Positions 9,343 through 23,145 of a stretch of 35,013 bases of DNA are shown one piece after another. Origin of the DNA: Folioceros fuciformis (Eukaryota). A program made the translations under genes and the position numbers. Positions within the stretch are counted from its first letter, which is position 1. Each line of letters opens with the position of its first letter. The notes under the pieces were generated by a model. The model saw only the letters and a program-made list of their open reading frames with translations. It was not told the origin of the DNA and did no database searches. Location: assembly GCA_049999805.1 (NCBI GenBank), contig JBNGIO010006342.1, positions 427,436 through 462,448 on the forward strand. The letters run 5' to 3'.

Positions 9343-9980
9343 TTTTCAAAGTCATTTATTGTGTAGGATATGCATAGTTTTTGTCTGCACAGCAGTGTAT
9401 GGCTGCAGCTTCCATGTAATTTTGTAGTTGGGACAATTCGGGTAAGAGCGCTCCCTAGTTTGTTTCTTCGTAGTTGGGATATGTAACAGCGGTGTACCTC
9501 TGGTCAGGGTTACCTAGGGGTGTGCTAGTTGGGACAACTAGCAGGGTACATAGCGGTCGTCAGGGCTCCATTTCGTTTTCAGCAAAGCCCCTGGCAGTAC
9601 ATGCGGTTGCCAGAAAAGCCTGGTGGCGTATGCGACCTCTCAATCCCGGGGCGTGCCGTTTAGGTTATCTACAAGACAATCTAGAAGCCCTGCCCCTACC
9701 GTTTCATGTAGTGTTCACCACAGTGTAGAATCGCCCAAAGGAATACCGCACGCTACACCTCCTCCGATAACATCCTGGTTCACACTGACTCAAGTGACCA
9801 ATCATCTTCAGCTACGACAGGTAGATTGACATACAAATGATACGACTATCAGTTTTTTTTTTTTTTTCACCCATCAGCACGCGTTGGATAAGTCAGACAA
9901 TGCCTAGGAACAGATACGCCATACAACTAGCACGGACAGAGTTTCGTCCGTCGCCCACGGACGAGTGTCTAGGAGGCCTT

Positions 9981-10066
9981 CCTTCTCCTGAGCCAGCTGT
10001 GGTCGCCATGCAATGAAAAATGCGCTGTCGTTCCCTTCTCATGAGCCAGCTGTGGACGCCATGCAA
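9981..10066. repeat. 33-bp direct duplicate in the 3' flank of RING paralog C
   Basis: CCTTCTCCTGAGCCAGCTGTGGTCGCCATGCAA (9981-10013) versus CCTTCTCATGAGCCAGCTGTGGACGCCATGCAA (10034-10066). Confidence 0.85.
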
Positions 10067-10413
10067 CTTAACATGTGCTGAGAGCTCATACGTTTGAAAA
10101 TACAGTAGAGAGAGCATTCGCTCCACTGGTTAATCGGACATCTTTGACAAGATACTAAGGCAACAATCGCGAACTGCTACAGCTGATCTGCTGTTGGAAG
10201 CATCTACATCTGATCCAAACTTCGAACCACAAACCATTGATCGGAGGAGCAAGAGTCTGACACTCGGCCTTTCCACTGGACATGCAACTCCAGGGATAAT
10301 CAGGCATATGAGAACCCTGCCGACTAACACCCAAAGTGCTGAGCAGCTCGCCGAGAAGCTAGGTTCCCCGAGCCACCAAAAAAATTGCATCCGGAATCAG
10401 AAAAAAATTGAGC

Positions 10414-13400
10414 TCACGGAACCGGCAGAGGTTTGATTCCCCAGATATCCTTTGCGTATTCATGAATTGTTCGATCACTGCTGAACTTCGGAGATCCAGC
10501 CGTGTTTAAAATGGACATTTTCACCCATCTCTGCGAAATAACCACGGGGAGTTTTAACTTTCAAGAAACAGGAACACAAAGCCATCGAGGGAGCTAAGAA
10601 CATAGCTCGCATCCCGCTCCAACTCAGAGAAAATATCTACGGTTACATTACCTTCTGATCCCTGTAGGCTTCGTCGACTTCATCCTGACATTCAATGTAT
10701 GAGGGAAAGTCCTTCCCAACCAAGAAGTAGTCAGCTCGCCCAAACCCTTCATCACCCTCTAGGGAATCCAATAGGGGTGTAAAATCGTACGAACCAAAGA
10801 CCCCAGACCTGATGAATGTTTTGGCCTCCTCAAACCTTGGGTCAGGCTCGAACTGAGAAAACCACACGGGGAGTGCATCAGCGAATCCCTCACAAGGAAA
10901 CCGGCAACCCGTTGCAAGTGTCCGACGCAAATGAAACGTTTCCTTACCTTGCCCTCAGCCCGCTCCTTACGAAGTCCTGCGATCTGATCAGCAAATGCGC
11001 CGAACAAAAAGAAATTTTCTTCACCAACTTCCTCCCGAATCTCGACGTTCGCACCATCCAGCGTGCCGATCAACACACAACCATTCATTGCAAATTTCAT
11101 GTTGCTAGTCCCACTGGCCTCCATGCCGGCAGTGCTAAAACACATCGCCAACGAAAGGGACTCAGGATCCCACGCAAGGCAAGCAGTCAAGCGATTCCAA
11201 CCAGAGACAAAGAGATAACAGGGAAACATCCTGAACAAATTTGACAACCAACCTGATATGCTCTGACAGCTCACTCGCTGGGATGAGAACCTCCGCAACG
11301 CTAACATTGTAATCTGGTACAAAGATCACCTACAATGATAAAGCAGTAGGTGGTTGATAGCGGCAGTAGTGAAGAGCTACACAACTGGAGTTTCCCTGGC
11401 AGAAACCATTGTACAGGCGCACAGAACCGCAGCGTCGAAAGGTACCTTCAACAAATCGCCGATTTCAGGATCGTTGTTCACCACAGCACCGACGTCGCTG
11501 ATGAGCCTGACGATGCGCTTTGCTTGCAGATAAGTGGCAAACGCCTTCCCTCCAAACAAGCACACCCGAGGAACATATTTCGCTTTCCTCTCCCTGGAGC
11601 TCATTTCCTTCATTTTCTTGTAGCGGTACACGACTCCTAGGATGTTAAGAAGTTGTCGCTTGTATTCATGGATGCGTTTCACCTGACATGTGCGAGACGG
11701 GGATCTTTTACATCTCACGAGGTCTGATCATGCACCTGAGAATCATAATGCCGACAAAAATACTCTGGACCGAGAGTAGAGCTCACCTGAATATCATACA
11801 GGGCATCAGGGCTAATCACAAAGCCTGTCTTCTCCTTGACGTAGTGGGCAAGCTGTACCTTCTTAGCCCTCTTCGCTTTTATCCACTCGGCCTGAAGCTC
11901 CTTATTGTCAGCAAACTGCATGATGGAATGGATACCACAAGGGGTCACCTGGAACGCGTAAGGATGGGGCCGAAGAGAGCACACACTGGATGATATCTGG
12001 TCCAACAAATAGAATTCCTCATGGTACCTTTCGGAGTCCAGAAAGAAGCTCCGTTTTCAAAACCCATTCCTCAGATCCGAGCCACTTGGTGATGACTTGA
12101 CTCAACTCCGGATTACAAATGCGGAGCCACCTCCTGGGTGTTACTCCATTGGTCTTATTTTGAAACTTCTCTGGCCAGAGCTGCACCCACACACTATATA
12201 CAGTTTAACCGGAAAGCAGTCCCGATGAGTCGACAGGCAAACCAGAAAGGCCCTGACCTGGTAGAAATCATTGAAGACGTCGGCTTTCACAATTTCGGAG
12301 TGAATCGCAGCAACTCCATTAACCTTGTGACCAGAGATAACACATAAGTTTGCCATTCTGACAAGACCAGGCTTGGCAGGTTCTTCCTCATCGTCATCTT
12401 TCTTCAATTTGTGCTTGGTTGACGCCTTAGGCACAGGGTCAGCTGGGACAAGTGACTTCACCGATTTAGGGAGTTCAACATTTTCCAGGATCCTCATACT
12501 TGCAATTTTCTTGTGCAGATCCGTTTTCTTGATTGGGCTTTTCGCACCCGCAATTAACTTGATGAACTGGGGGATAACATACAATTGCCTATCAGTGTGT
12601 GTAAAGTTTCCGGCGTGAATGAGACAAAGAGGGATGAACAGAAGAACATGTGTACCTCTTCGTCGATCTTTTCTATGATTTGGATGTGGCGAGGAAGAAG
12701 TTTCTGCATCAACTCCAATGGCCACTTCTCCAGAGCTTCAGGGAGCACAGTGTGATTGGTGTAAGCGACAGTTCTGCAATGTCAACAAACCGGTTAACAA
12801 ATTTGTGTTCATGACGACAATCATAAAGACAAACGAAGACCAGATAATCCCAGAACTACAACTAGCATATTAGAGTATTAACTGTAAGACATCAAGACGC
12901 CGGATCAGCAAGAACGAACGAGGTGAAAGGTCAGTGAAGGACGTGGTGACTGGGAGGAGAGAAGAATGAGGAAACGAAGACCCAGCCTCAAAGCTCCCAA
13001 GCCCACTCACCCTTGAACCACTTTCCATGCCTTCTCCCAAGGAAGACCTTCAATATCAACAAGGATGCGAAGGAGCTCAGGGACCGAGAGCGTGGGATGA
13101 GTGTCATTCATCTGAATGGCAACCTTGGATGGGAAGTTTGCCCAATCCACCTTCCCACCACTCCTCTCCTTGAAACGCGCTATTATGTCTTGAAGGGACG
13201 CAGAGCACAGGGTGTATTGTTGCTTCAAACGGAGCATCTTCCCATCCATTGCCCCATCTCCTGGGTACAGGACCAGGCAGATCTGGCATAATGGGCACCC
13301 CAGTGTCATCAGGACATAGAGGTGGAGAGCAGTGTGAGCCATACAAGAGACACACCTAACTGCACGTCAAAGACCTCTCAACAGGCCTCACGCACAAGGA

Positions 13401-15264
13401 AACAAGTTATGGGCTGCAAGAAACTGCGAGCACCATGCACTTTCAGCAATCGATCCCTCAAACTTGCACACCCCTCCTTGGTGAACAATTAGCAGACGCA
13501 GGCATTGTTGAGCATTTCTCACAGCAAGGTGCACCGATTCATGGCTAATACCCGTCGGTCGGAGATCACTCACCCTCTCAGCACTGGCATGGGCCAGAGA
13601 CGCTTTGTTATGGTCACCAGCGTTGAAAGCCTCGAGATCAAAGCTTTCAGCTGGTACCGAAGTAGACCACAGCCTCAGACTTATAGTGTTCTTGGTCTTG
13701 TATCCAGGGATAGGCACATCGTAGGCAGTAGCATTTACAACCTCCCCACCTACCCACTCCTTTTTGCCATCGTAAGACTCTACAACCTTTCCGAAGAACC
13801 TCACAGGATAAATAATGTCGTTCCTGACAATCTCCCAAGGATGTCCAAGCTGCACTACCGCGTGCAGATTGGTGTGAGAGCCCGGCAAACGAAGCCAATC
13901 TCGTCAAGGCAGGAGAATGTTAAAAGTACATCCAATACCGCGTGGCCTCATTACCTCAAGCCATTTCTCGCAGAACTCTTGCTGCCCGTCCTTAGTCATT
14001 TTCTGATGGAACAAGCCATACTTGTATCGCAGACCATAGCCCCAGGCGGGATAGTTCAAGGTGGCCAAAGAGTCCAGAAAACACGAAGCCAACCGACCAA
14101 GGCCTCCATTTCCAAGAGCGGGATCGGGTTCCTGAATTGGTGCCACAGGATGATGAGATGGTAAGACGAGGCAAGCGTAGGGAATAAGACCGGGAGCACA
14201 GAAGAGTTCGTGGCCCACCTGCTCCGCTACACGCTCAAGTTCGTGTCCAAGCTTCTTGAGAGCTTGGGCATAAATATCTGTCAACTGAAGGTTCCCGATA
14301 GCGTTCAGCAGAGCGCGGCCCTGGAAGATACAAAACAGCCACAGAGACACACCAACAGCTGGTGGTGAAGTAATCCAGAGCTCACACAATGACAACGTGG
14401 ATTGACTGCTACAAGATCGGAGCCTTCAGCATCACAAGACCAGACATGAGGTGTACCTGAAGGAACTCCATGGACAAATAATAGGTCTGCTTGGGGTTGT
14501 TCTTGTGAAAGTGTTCGTATGTCTCGTTCCATCTTTGAATAAGGGTATCTCTCACACTTTGAGCTGTCGCCAAATAAGCTTGCTTCAACTCGAACTTCAC
14601 AGGAGAGAAGGAGGGAGTGAACGTGTGGTGGTACTTGATGCTCGCAGCTGCTGCAGCAGCGTCTGCAGAAGGAGAGGATGGGATGTTTGGGATGTCGGAA
14701 ACGGGTTCTGATACAAGTAGGACACAATGCCAAAACTTCAGCGCGGTGCTCCCCCAAAAAAGGCAGTCCTCAATCCCCGTCACGGCCAATTCTAACCTCC
14801 CCGCCTGAATCATACATAAATCCAACCTCACGCTCCCGCGCACCAGCCAACAGGGCGCGGCAACCAAGAATATGACGACAACAAATTTCCCAACAACGGC
14901 AACAAATCCTCGCCCAGGGAAATCCTCACTCCGTGACCGCCGGATCCAGCCCCGACACACGCTAGAGCAACCTCCACATGCATACCACAAAAAGGCAATG
15001 AGACGCGCCTCGGCACTAACCTTTGGGCTTAGACTCGCTCGCAATACAGCGGATTGCAGGTCTGTTCCCAGGCGCCAGGGGGAGCGAGTGCATCCGCAGG
15101 CACAACCTGAGCGGCGTCCCGCAAAAGAAGCTGTTACTCCGCTGCTGCACGCCAGGCCTCCGCACACAGATGGAGACGGAGGCCGGGGCAGAGGAGCCCG
15201 AGGAGCGAGACGCCGAGGAGGATAAATACGGAGACAGCACCGGCGCAAGTGCGAGTGCAGCCAT
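10414..15264 (-). CDS. PHS1: Plastidial alpha-1,4-glucan (starch) phosphorylase, L-type, 15 exons, about 949 aa
   Basis: Exons: 15264-15021, 14707-14457, 14320-14219, 14131-13955, 13849-13574, 13282-13011, 12773-12656, 12566-12258, 12180-12028, 11915-11787, 11682-11446, 11329-11253, 11134-10948, 10852-10652, 10530-10414. All introns GT-AG; total 2850 nt. Motifs: [44 protein letters not shown] and the PLP site [10 protein letters not shown]. Ser/Ala/Arg-rich transit peptide. Confidence 0.96.
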
Positions 15265-16468
15265 GGCTGAATCCCGGGCGCGGCACCGGCACTTCTACCT
15301 CCTCCTCCTCCTCAGCTGCATCCGCCTATCTGCCACATAATTGAATTCCCGGAGCTTCAATGAACGCAATCCATCGCTATGCACACCCCATGCGCATGCG
15401 CAAAGGCAAGGCAACGCGGTATCTCAAGCCGCGCACCAGAACCTCGGCACAAGCACGCTACATTGAACCACAAACACCACGCTCCAATTCGCACCGACCC
15501 GCGCCAGGCGGCAGCGCGGGCAGCCACTCTCCCAGCCTCCCGCAACCCGGCGTCATGGCCAGGCCCGGCGTGAGAGGATGCAGAAAGCAGCAAGCCTGTA
15601 GGCCCGATTTCAATCCCGGCATTCAACAAGAGGAAAGGCAATCACAATCGCAATCGCAATGCAAGCTCTGCGCCAGGTCGCAACCAATTCGCAAGCCGGA
15701 ACGCGCCATGTCTCGCATGCAGAGCAGGAGGAGCAGGAAGCAGCACCTGGCGATGGGAGCGCGGCCGGCCACGGTAGCAGCATCCAAGCAGGCCAAGGGA
15801 CGCTTTCACGCTCGCTGTTGCAGCTCCGAGTGCCTGTGCGGCTGGATGGCAGAATATTTCGGGCCGGCCTCCATAATAGAACCCAACGCGGCCCAGCCCA
15901 GCCCCGCCTAAGCCAGCCCCAAGTTCCAACCCAGCACACTCACGTCTCCTTCCCGCCCGCCTTCCTTCCAGCAAAACCAGATATTTGGGCCAGCCTCCAT
16001 CAGGACCCGGAGTTTCCCGAAATGACTCACTGCTGTTCTGTACCACTGCAAATTCCTCCCACGCCAATGGCGCGACTCGAAAATATCCATTGGGTGATCC
16101 TAGCGCTCGGATCCCGGTCGGCATGGCCCCATAAACCGGATCAAGGATCAGGTCTGTGAGGTCACAACACAATGGGATAAGAGGGGAATGACAGCATATG
16201 CCGATTCCTTTTGTCCTTTCCACTAAATATTCACACTCAGAAGGCAACCAAAAATGTTTGCCCACGAATATCCTGTGCGTGACGAAGGTGGGGCACAGGC
16301 GGAAGGGCGAATCAGCGTCCATCCATGTACAGTGTGTAGGCAGGAAAGGGGGCAACAAAGATGTGCTCAAGAATGGCTGGTTGGCTTGATGGTGGCCTAC
16401 TGTCACAAGAGGATGACTTCATTACGCACATGCACAGGACTTGGGGACAAAACTTGGGTAGAAAAAGG

Positions 16469-18181
<1,713 letters not shown>

Positions 18182-19114
18182 GGCTGGTCACCGGGAGCTT
18201 CCACCCGACAGCAGCAACAGCAGCCTGAGCAGAGACAGGCCAACACAGCAGCACCGATTCCACGTCCGCAGATGGAGAAACACCAGACTCCACAACCAAC
18301 ACAACACAAAGAGAGAGATGTGGACCTGAATCAAGCCAGAACACACACCACCTGCGTCATCCATCCACCCAAATCCACAACACCCCTCTACCTCATCACC
18401 ACCCAACAAACTCATCACTCCAGTTAAGCCCATCACCACAACCATCCAAGAAACCGTTCTATCTTTATTTCTTGATTTTTCAACACAATGACAAACATAA
18501 CATTCTATTCCCCTACAACCTCACACCAATCTTTTTCTACTTCCAAACCTTCTTCATCTCCAGCACAACAAACTTGCTTCATTTCATTTCATCTCCATAA
18601 CAAGAACAAATCTAAGGCCAGGGCAATAGACAAACATCACGGCCATCACCAGCCGGGAAGAGGTGATACGTCAACACACACTGCGTTGAAGCATATCTTC
18701 CAAACATCCTATTATTACAGAACTCCTCAGATACCAGCTTGCTCTTGATGTAATTCAAGCAAGAGTAGCATGCAGCTCTAGCTTTCTTCAAAATTGAGGA
18801 TGAGATGTTTGCAGAGTCATCAAAGTACATTTGCAAGCCTAAACAATTAACTGAAACTACGATATACTTTGATGGTAGTACTGTAGGCATGGGAGGCCAT
18901 CTCTCAGACGCCCATCCAATGGCGTCTTGTGTTCTTGTGAGAACCAAAGACCATAAGTTACTATCAGCCAATACCGGGCTGCACTCATGTGTTCTATACA
19001 TATGACCCAGTGTGTTCATATCTAATAGTTCTGCAAGAACATTCCTCTCATACAAGGTTATGAATAACATAATACAACACAATTTAAATAACATTGTTAA
19101 TCCGTCCAGTGTCC

Positions 19115-19164
19115 TTCGTTTGCTTGAAACCGGCTTTGTTTGCTTGAAGCTGGTTTCGTTTGCT
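19115..19164. repeat. 20-bp tandem repeat, 2.5 copies
   Basis: TTCGTTTGCTTGAAACCGGC / TTTGTTTGCTTGAAGCTGGT / TTCGTTTGCT. Confidence 0.7.
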
Positions 19165-19957
19165 ATCAACATCTCCTAACTTGCATGAATTTTACTGCTA
19201 TATGTACGATAATAATGCTCCATCAAATTTATATTTTAGAATCATATTATATATATATATATATTCACTTTTTATTGAGAATATTAAGATACTTATATCG
19301 AATGGTGATGTTCATATATTCTGTGTTGGTATTGGTATATCCTTGTGATTTTATTTTTTTACCATTATGTCTTTTCATATTAGATTAAAAAGTAATCATA
19401 TCCCACATGTATGATCACATGTTTTCCATGTTGTTTAGTGTTGAATTATTTTAACAAAGATTATGTCCTTGTTATGTGATCTTTCATATTTTGGTATCTC
19501 GAAAGCAAAGATGTTTAAAAGTACAAATAATATTCTTAAATTATATCTACTTCCATCATCGACTTTATGAAATAATTTGATTGGAACTTCCTGAATTATG
19601 TGGAAAATAATATATGTATTTATTGAATTATTATTATTTTAAGAGTACACATAAGACGAAGACGAGTATTCACATCGCTCCGGGGAGGGCTTCGTCCTGC
19701 AATATTATTTGCCCAGTTGAGAAAAGCAGAGGGAGGGAGGGAGGCCTATCCCCTGCATTATCCAGCGCCAATGGCCGCGGGCCACATATCCGGAAGGGGA
19801 TCGCGGGATTGGCCGGAATGCCGTCGTGTGCGCGCCTTGTTACTCAAACCCGGCCTCTCGCGCGTCTCTGCCAAGGCTCCGTCTCGACCTCTTGCGTAGA
19901 CTCGAGGATTTGAGGATTGCCGGCTGCGTGTCCGCTGCACCTGCTCGAAGTGACAGG

Positions 19958-20672
19958 ATGGCGACAATGGCCGCCGCTGCCGTGAGCCCTGTGGCTGGAC
20001 TCGGAGGCTCAACTCTGTCTGTGAGGAGAGCGTCCCGCTCCAAGCTGCAGCTCAGCTCAGGTGAGGTTCCCGGAGTTGGTGATTTAGCTGTGATTTAGCG
20101 AGGTGAGAATGCTGGATGTTGATGAGGGGATCGGCTGCTGTGGCTGCAGCGTTCGTTGCCGGAGACAGGACTTTGGTGGCTCCGATGCAGTTTGATGCCG
20201 GCATGGCGCGCGTTACCTGGTTAGTAGGCTGGCTGTGGCTGTGTGTGGTCGCATTGGAGGTGTAGTGAGTTTGCACCCTCTTGACGGGAGTTTGTGTGGA
20301 CATGCAGCTTCAATAGGGACTGGTTGAGAAAGGACCTGTCCGTCGTCGGGTTCGGCCTTGTCGGCTGGATCGCGCCCTCCAGTCTGCCTATCATCAATGG
20401 TGATAGTCTGTCAGGGCTTTTCTTTAACAGCATTGGCCCCGAGCTGGCTCACTGGCCGACTGGCCCTGCCCTTACCTCTCCATTCTGGTAATTCTTGTCT
20501 GCGTCTTGAAGGTTGGTGCCGGTTCGGGAGCCGTAATGGCTGTCTGGCTTATGTGTGCGTTACCGTGATGTGCAGGTTGTGGTTGGTGACGTGGCATCTT
20601 GGTCTCTTCATCGTTCTCACTTTTGGCCAAATCGGCTTCAAGGGCAGGAAGGATGGCTATTTCAACGAGTAA
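19958..20672 (+). CDS. PSAO: Photosystem I subunit O, 4 exons, 149 aa
   Basis: Exons: 19958-20060, 20150-20219, 20308-20487, 20576-20672 (450 nt). The sequence RVTCFNRDWLRKDLSVVGFGLVGWIAPSS...WLWLVTWHLGLFIVLTFGQIGFKGRKDGYF is the PsaO signature. Confidence 0.96.
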
Positions 20673-20986
20673 AGAGGCTCGTTGATCATCAAGCTTGTGC
20701 ATTTTGGGGAGCTTTAGGGACTCCGGCTGTGTTCAATTCCAGCCAAATGTACATTGTGAAACATGTGTAATTTTCCGTTCAGCTCGGCGCTTCTGTACCT
20801 TGACCACCACTCTAATTTCCAATTTTCCAGTTAACTGTGTCCAACCTTCCTCTTGTCTTCCCAGTGACCTTTTCAGTTTCTTTCCAGAGAAGCACACTTA
20901 CTGTGAATATGGCAGACTTCTTCGTCCCAAAAGAACAAACCACTGGTTTCTTCTGTATTTATGGCATTTTCCTATCGGCATTTTAT

Positions 20987-22409
20987 TCACTGCGCATTCT
21001 CAGACAAAGTGGATTTCTGGTCGTTGCTTGTACCGACTGTGATCTTCGTCTGTTCACCCACAGAGCCTGTAGCGGCAAAGGTCTGTGCTTCACTCACAGC
21101 GTTCCTGGTTCCAGACGAGGGCCACTTGAAGTAACCAAATCGTTTTCCGCTTTGCCCTCCATATTCCGCTTCATACCTCTTCTCTGACCTGCTGGCCTCC
21201 TCTCCTTTACCCCTTGACTCTGTACCCCCTCGGTTCTGATTAGTTGCAGCCATCTGCCCGGAAGATGCCTCCTCCTTTCCGTCCCCTGGTGGTCCACTGC
21301 TTCCAATCCCATCCGATGCTTGTTTCTGAGAGGTGGATATTTCCTCCCTTTTTCTGCTACCACTTACTTCTCCACAGTTAGCATCGGCTGCATCCTCCTT
21401 CGAGGTAGATGGCTCCTCCCTTCCCCTTCCAAACACTGGTTGTCCACTCACTCTGCTCTCATGAGCAGCATCATTCTGCGAGTCAGACATCTCTCGTTTC
21501 TGAGGAGAACCTGCTACACATTTTTCCTGCACCACGTCTGAGGGGGGACTTTCCTTAACGTGGGTAACCTGGTACAACTCCTTGGAGCCCCGATCGCCAT
21601 GAGTCTGAGCTTCCTTGACAGGAACTTGAACAGGTTTCGATGCATCACCTTGCAGCTCCTGGACCATTCCCTCGATAGTCTCCAACCGTGCTACGATCTG
21701 TGAAAGCTCTACATCGGTTCGAGACGGTTTCCGCTTCGCCTGCTCGATTGCGAGACGTTCCTTGTCCTGCTCCAGCAAACAGTAAAGTTGGTCCAAGAGC
21801 ACACTCAGGAATCCGACATCCAGTTGTAGTTCCGGGACTGCACTTACAAGATGCTCTTCTGCAGTTGCTGCTCACCTTTTCAAGCTTTTGCATCTCAGAC
21901 CGTGCGTACATAGCAACCAGATACACAGCTGCAGACACAACCAGGCACATCCTCGACAGTCGGAAACACGCAAAAGGTTTGTGTGCGAAGCAACAAAGTT
22001 CGGGGCTTTACCGAGAGAAGGCAAGCATGCTAGGATGAACTGCACAATGTGGAAGTCAATCCTGCTCAAATCCGACAGAAGAAAATTCTTCAATACCACA
22101 AACAAAACCTGCCACAGTCACCTCGAAGGATCTGAGCGCGCATCGAAACGTGTCGAAGGATATCAGGCATCCGGAGAAAGGATCTCCAGCTCACCCAAAT
22201 TTCTTCGGCCTGGCTTGCTCAGAAAACAGCAACTTGGCTGCAGTCGTGAAATCCAGCCGGTCTTCCCTGGCTGCTGCTTCCCACTCCTGCTGAGGAGTGG
22301 CCTTGGGTGAGGCGGAAAGCTGTCCACTCTCTGCTGCTCCGGATGCCCTCCGAGCAGCTGCCAAATGCATCCTCCACAGCCGTTGCATCGGAATCAAGCT
22401 TCTCCTCAT
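20987..22409 (-). CDS. Single-TM + coiled-coil protein resembling Arabidopsis At1g80700/At1g80980 (uncharacterised, probably organellar), about 365 aa
   Basis: Exons: 22409-22195, 22061-22012, 21928-21876, 21766-20987. Conserved core LDFTTAAKLLFS..KKFGIDFHIVQFILACLPSLAVYLVAMYARSEM, then a coiled coil (LSQIVARLETIE). Arg-rich N-terminus. The start codon and last acceptor are less certain. Confidence 0.72.
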
Positions 22410-22611
22410 CGTACCTGCCCTGCAATCCTTCACTGCTTCTGCGATGTGGCAACATGTTGGCCGTGGTCTAACATAGCCTTCGGCTCCTCAGCAGCCCAGA
22501 TTTGGTTTTGAAAACAAGAAATCCAATACCAGCCTCACAACAACAGGCTTGCCATGTGTTAACCAACCTTCCGCTGCGATCGAGGCCTTATACCAGCAGC
22601 GCATCAAGGTT

Positions 22612-22619
22612 TAGGGTTT
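22612..22619 (-). promoter_or_regulatory. Telo-box in the divergent region between the At1g80700-like gene and EXO5
   Basis: TAGGGTTT is the reverse complement of AAACCCTA and lies in the roughly 740-bp head-to-head gap. Confidence 0.35.
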
Positions 22620-23145
22620 CGGTCAAGGCGGTTCCCCGCATTAGAATGTCTGGGGATGGCACGCAGCAACCGCTACTTCTCTGAGACGCTGGAAATCCGC
22701 ACTGGCCTTCACCGCAGCATCTGGAACGGTGGTCAAAATTCTGGCTAAACTGTGGGGTCCAACGACTGCTTCAACCTGTGGCAGCGATTGCGTGTATGAA
22801 GCGAAGCCGATGGCCTGCCGCATATTTTCCGCTTCCAGACTTCGGCTGGCTCTCCGTCCAGGTGACTGTGATCGCATTGTTTGAAGTTTTTTTTTGTAAG
22901 TGTCTTCTCCTCCTCCTTCTGAAGCGTAACATAAACGCATTGGGGTTCAACAGCAGTGAGACAACGTTTTCGTGGAATCGCTGCTAGCAGCAACGAAGAG
23001 TTTCAGAGGTTCTGGTTGGCAGGAGGCAAGACTGTTGCACTCCCTGAAGTCTACGACTAGATATCTTCAACTCTTGCGTTAGCATCAGACATGATTGTAC
23101 CCGAATTTGTCGCACCTACTGCATTGGTCACCACAAGTGTCCTGT

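Noticed and set aside
3748..9355. Long minus-strand ORFs over the RING genes (344, 213 and 110 aa)
   Set aside because: Antisense shadows of GC-rich coding sequence; their lengths are not conserved across the paralogs and they carry no motifs.
15357..16406. Several 100-250 aa ORFs between PHS1 and RPI
   Set aside because: GC-rich promoter and 3' UTR sequence; mutually overlapping frames with no recognisable domain.
19400..19410. ATCCCACATGT resembling an snRNA USE
   Set aside because: No recognisable snRNA downstream and no clear TATA at the expected spacing.
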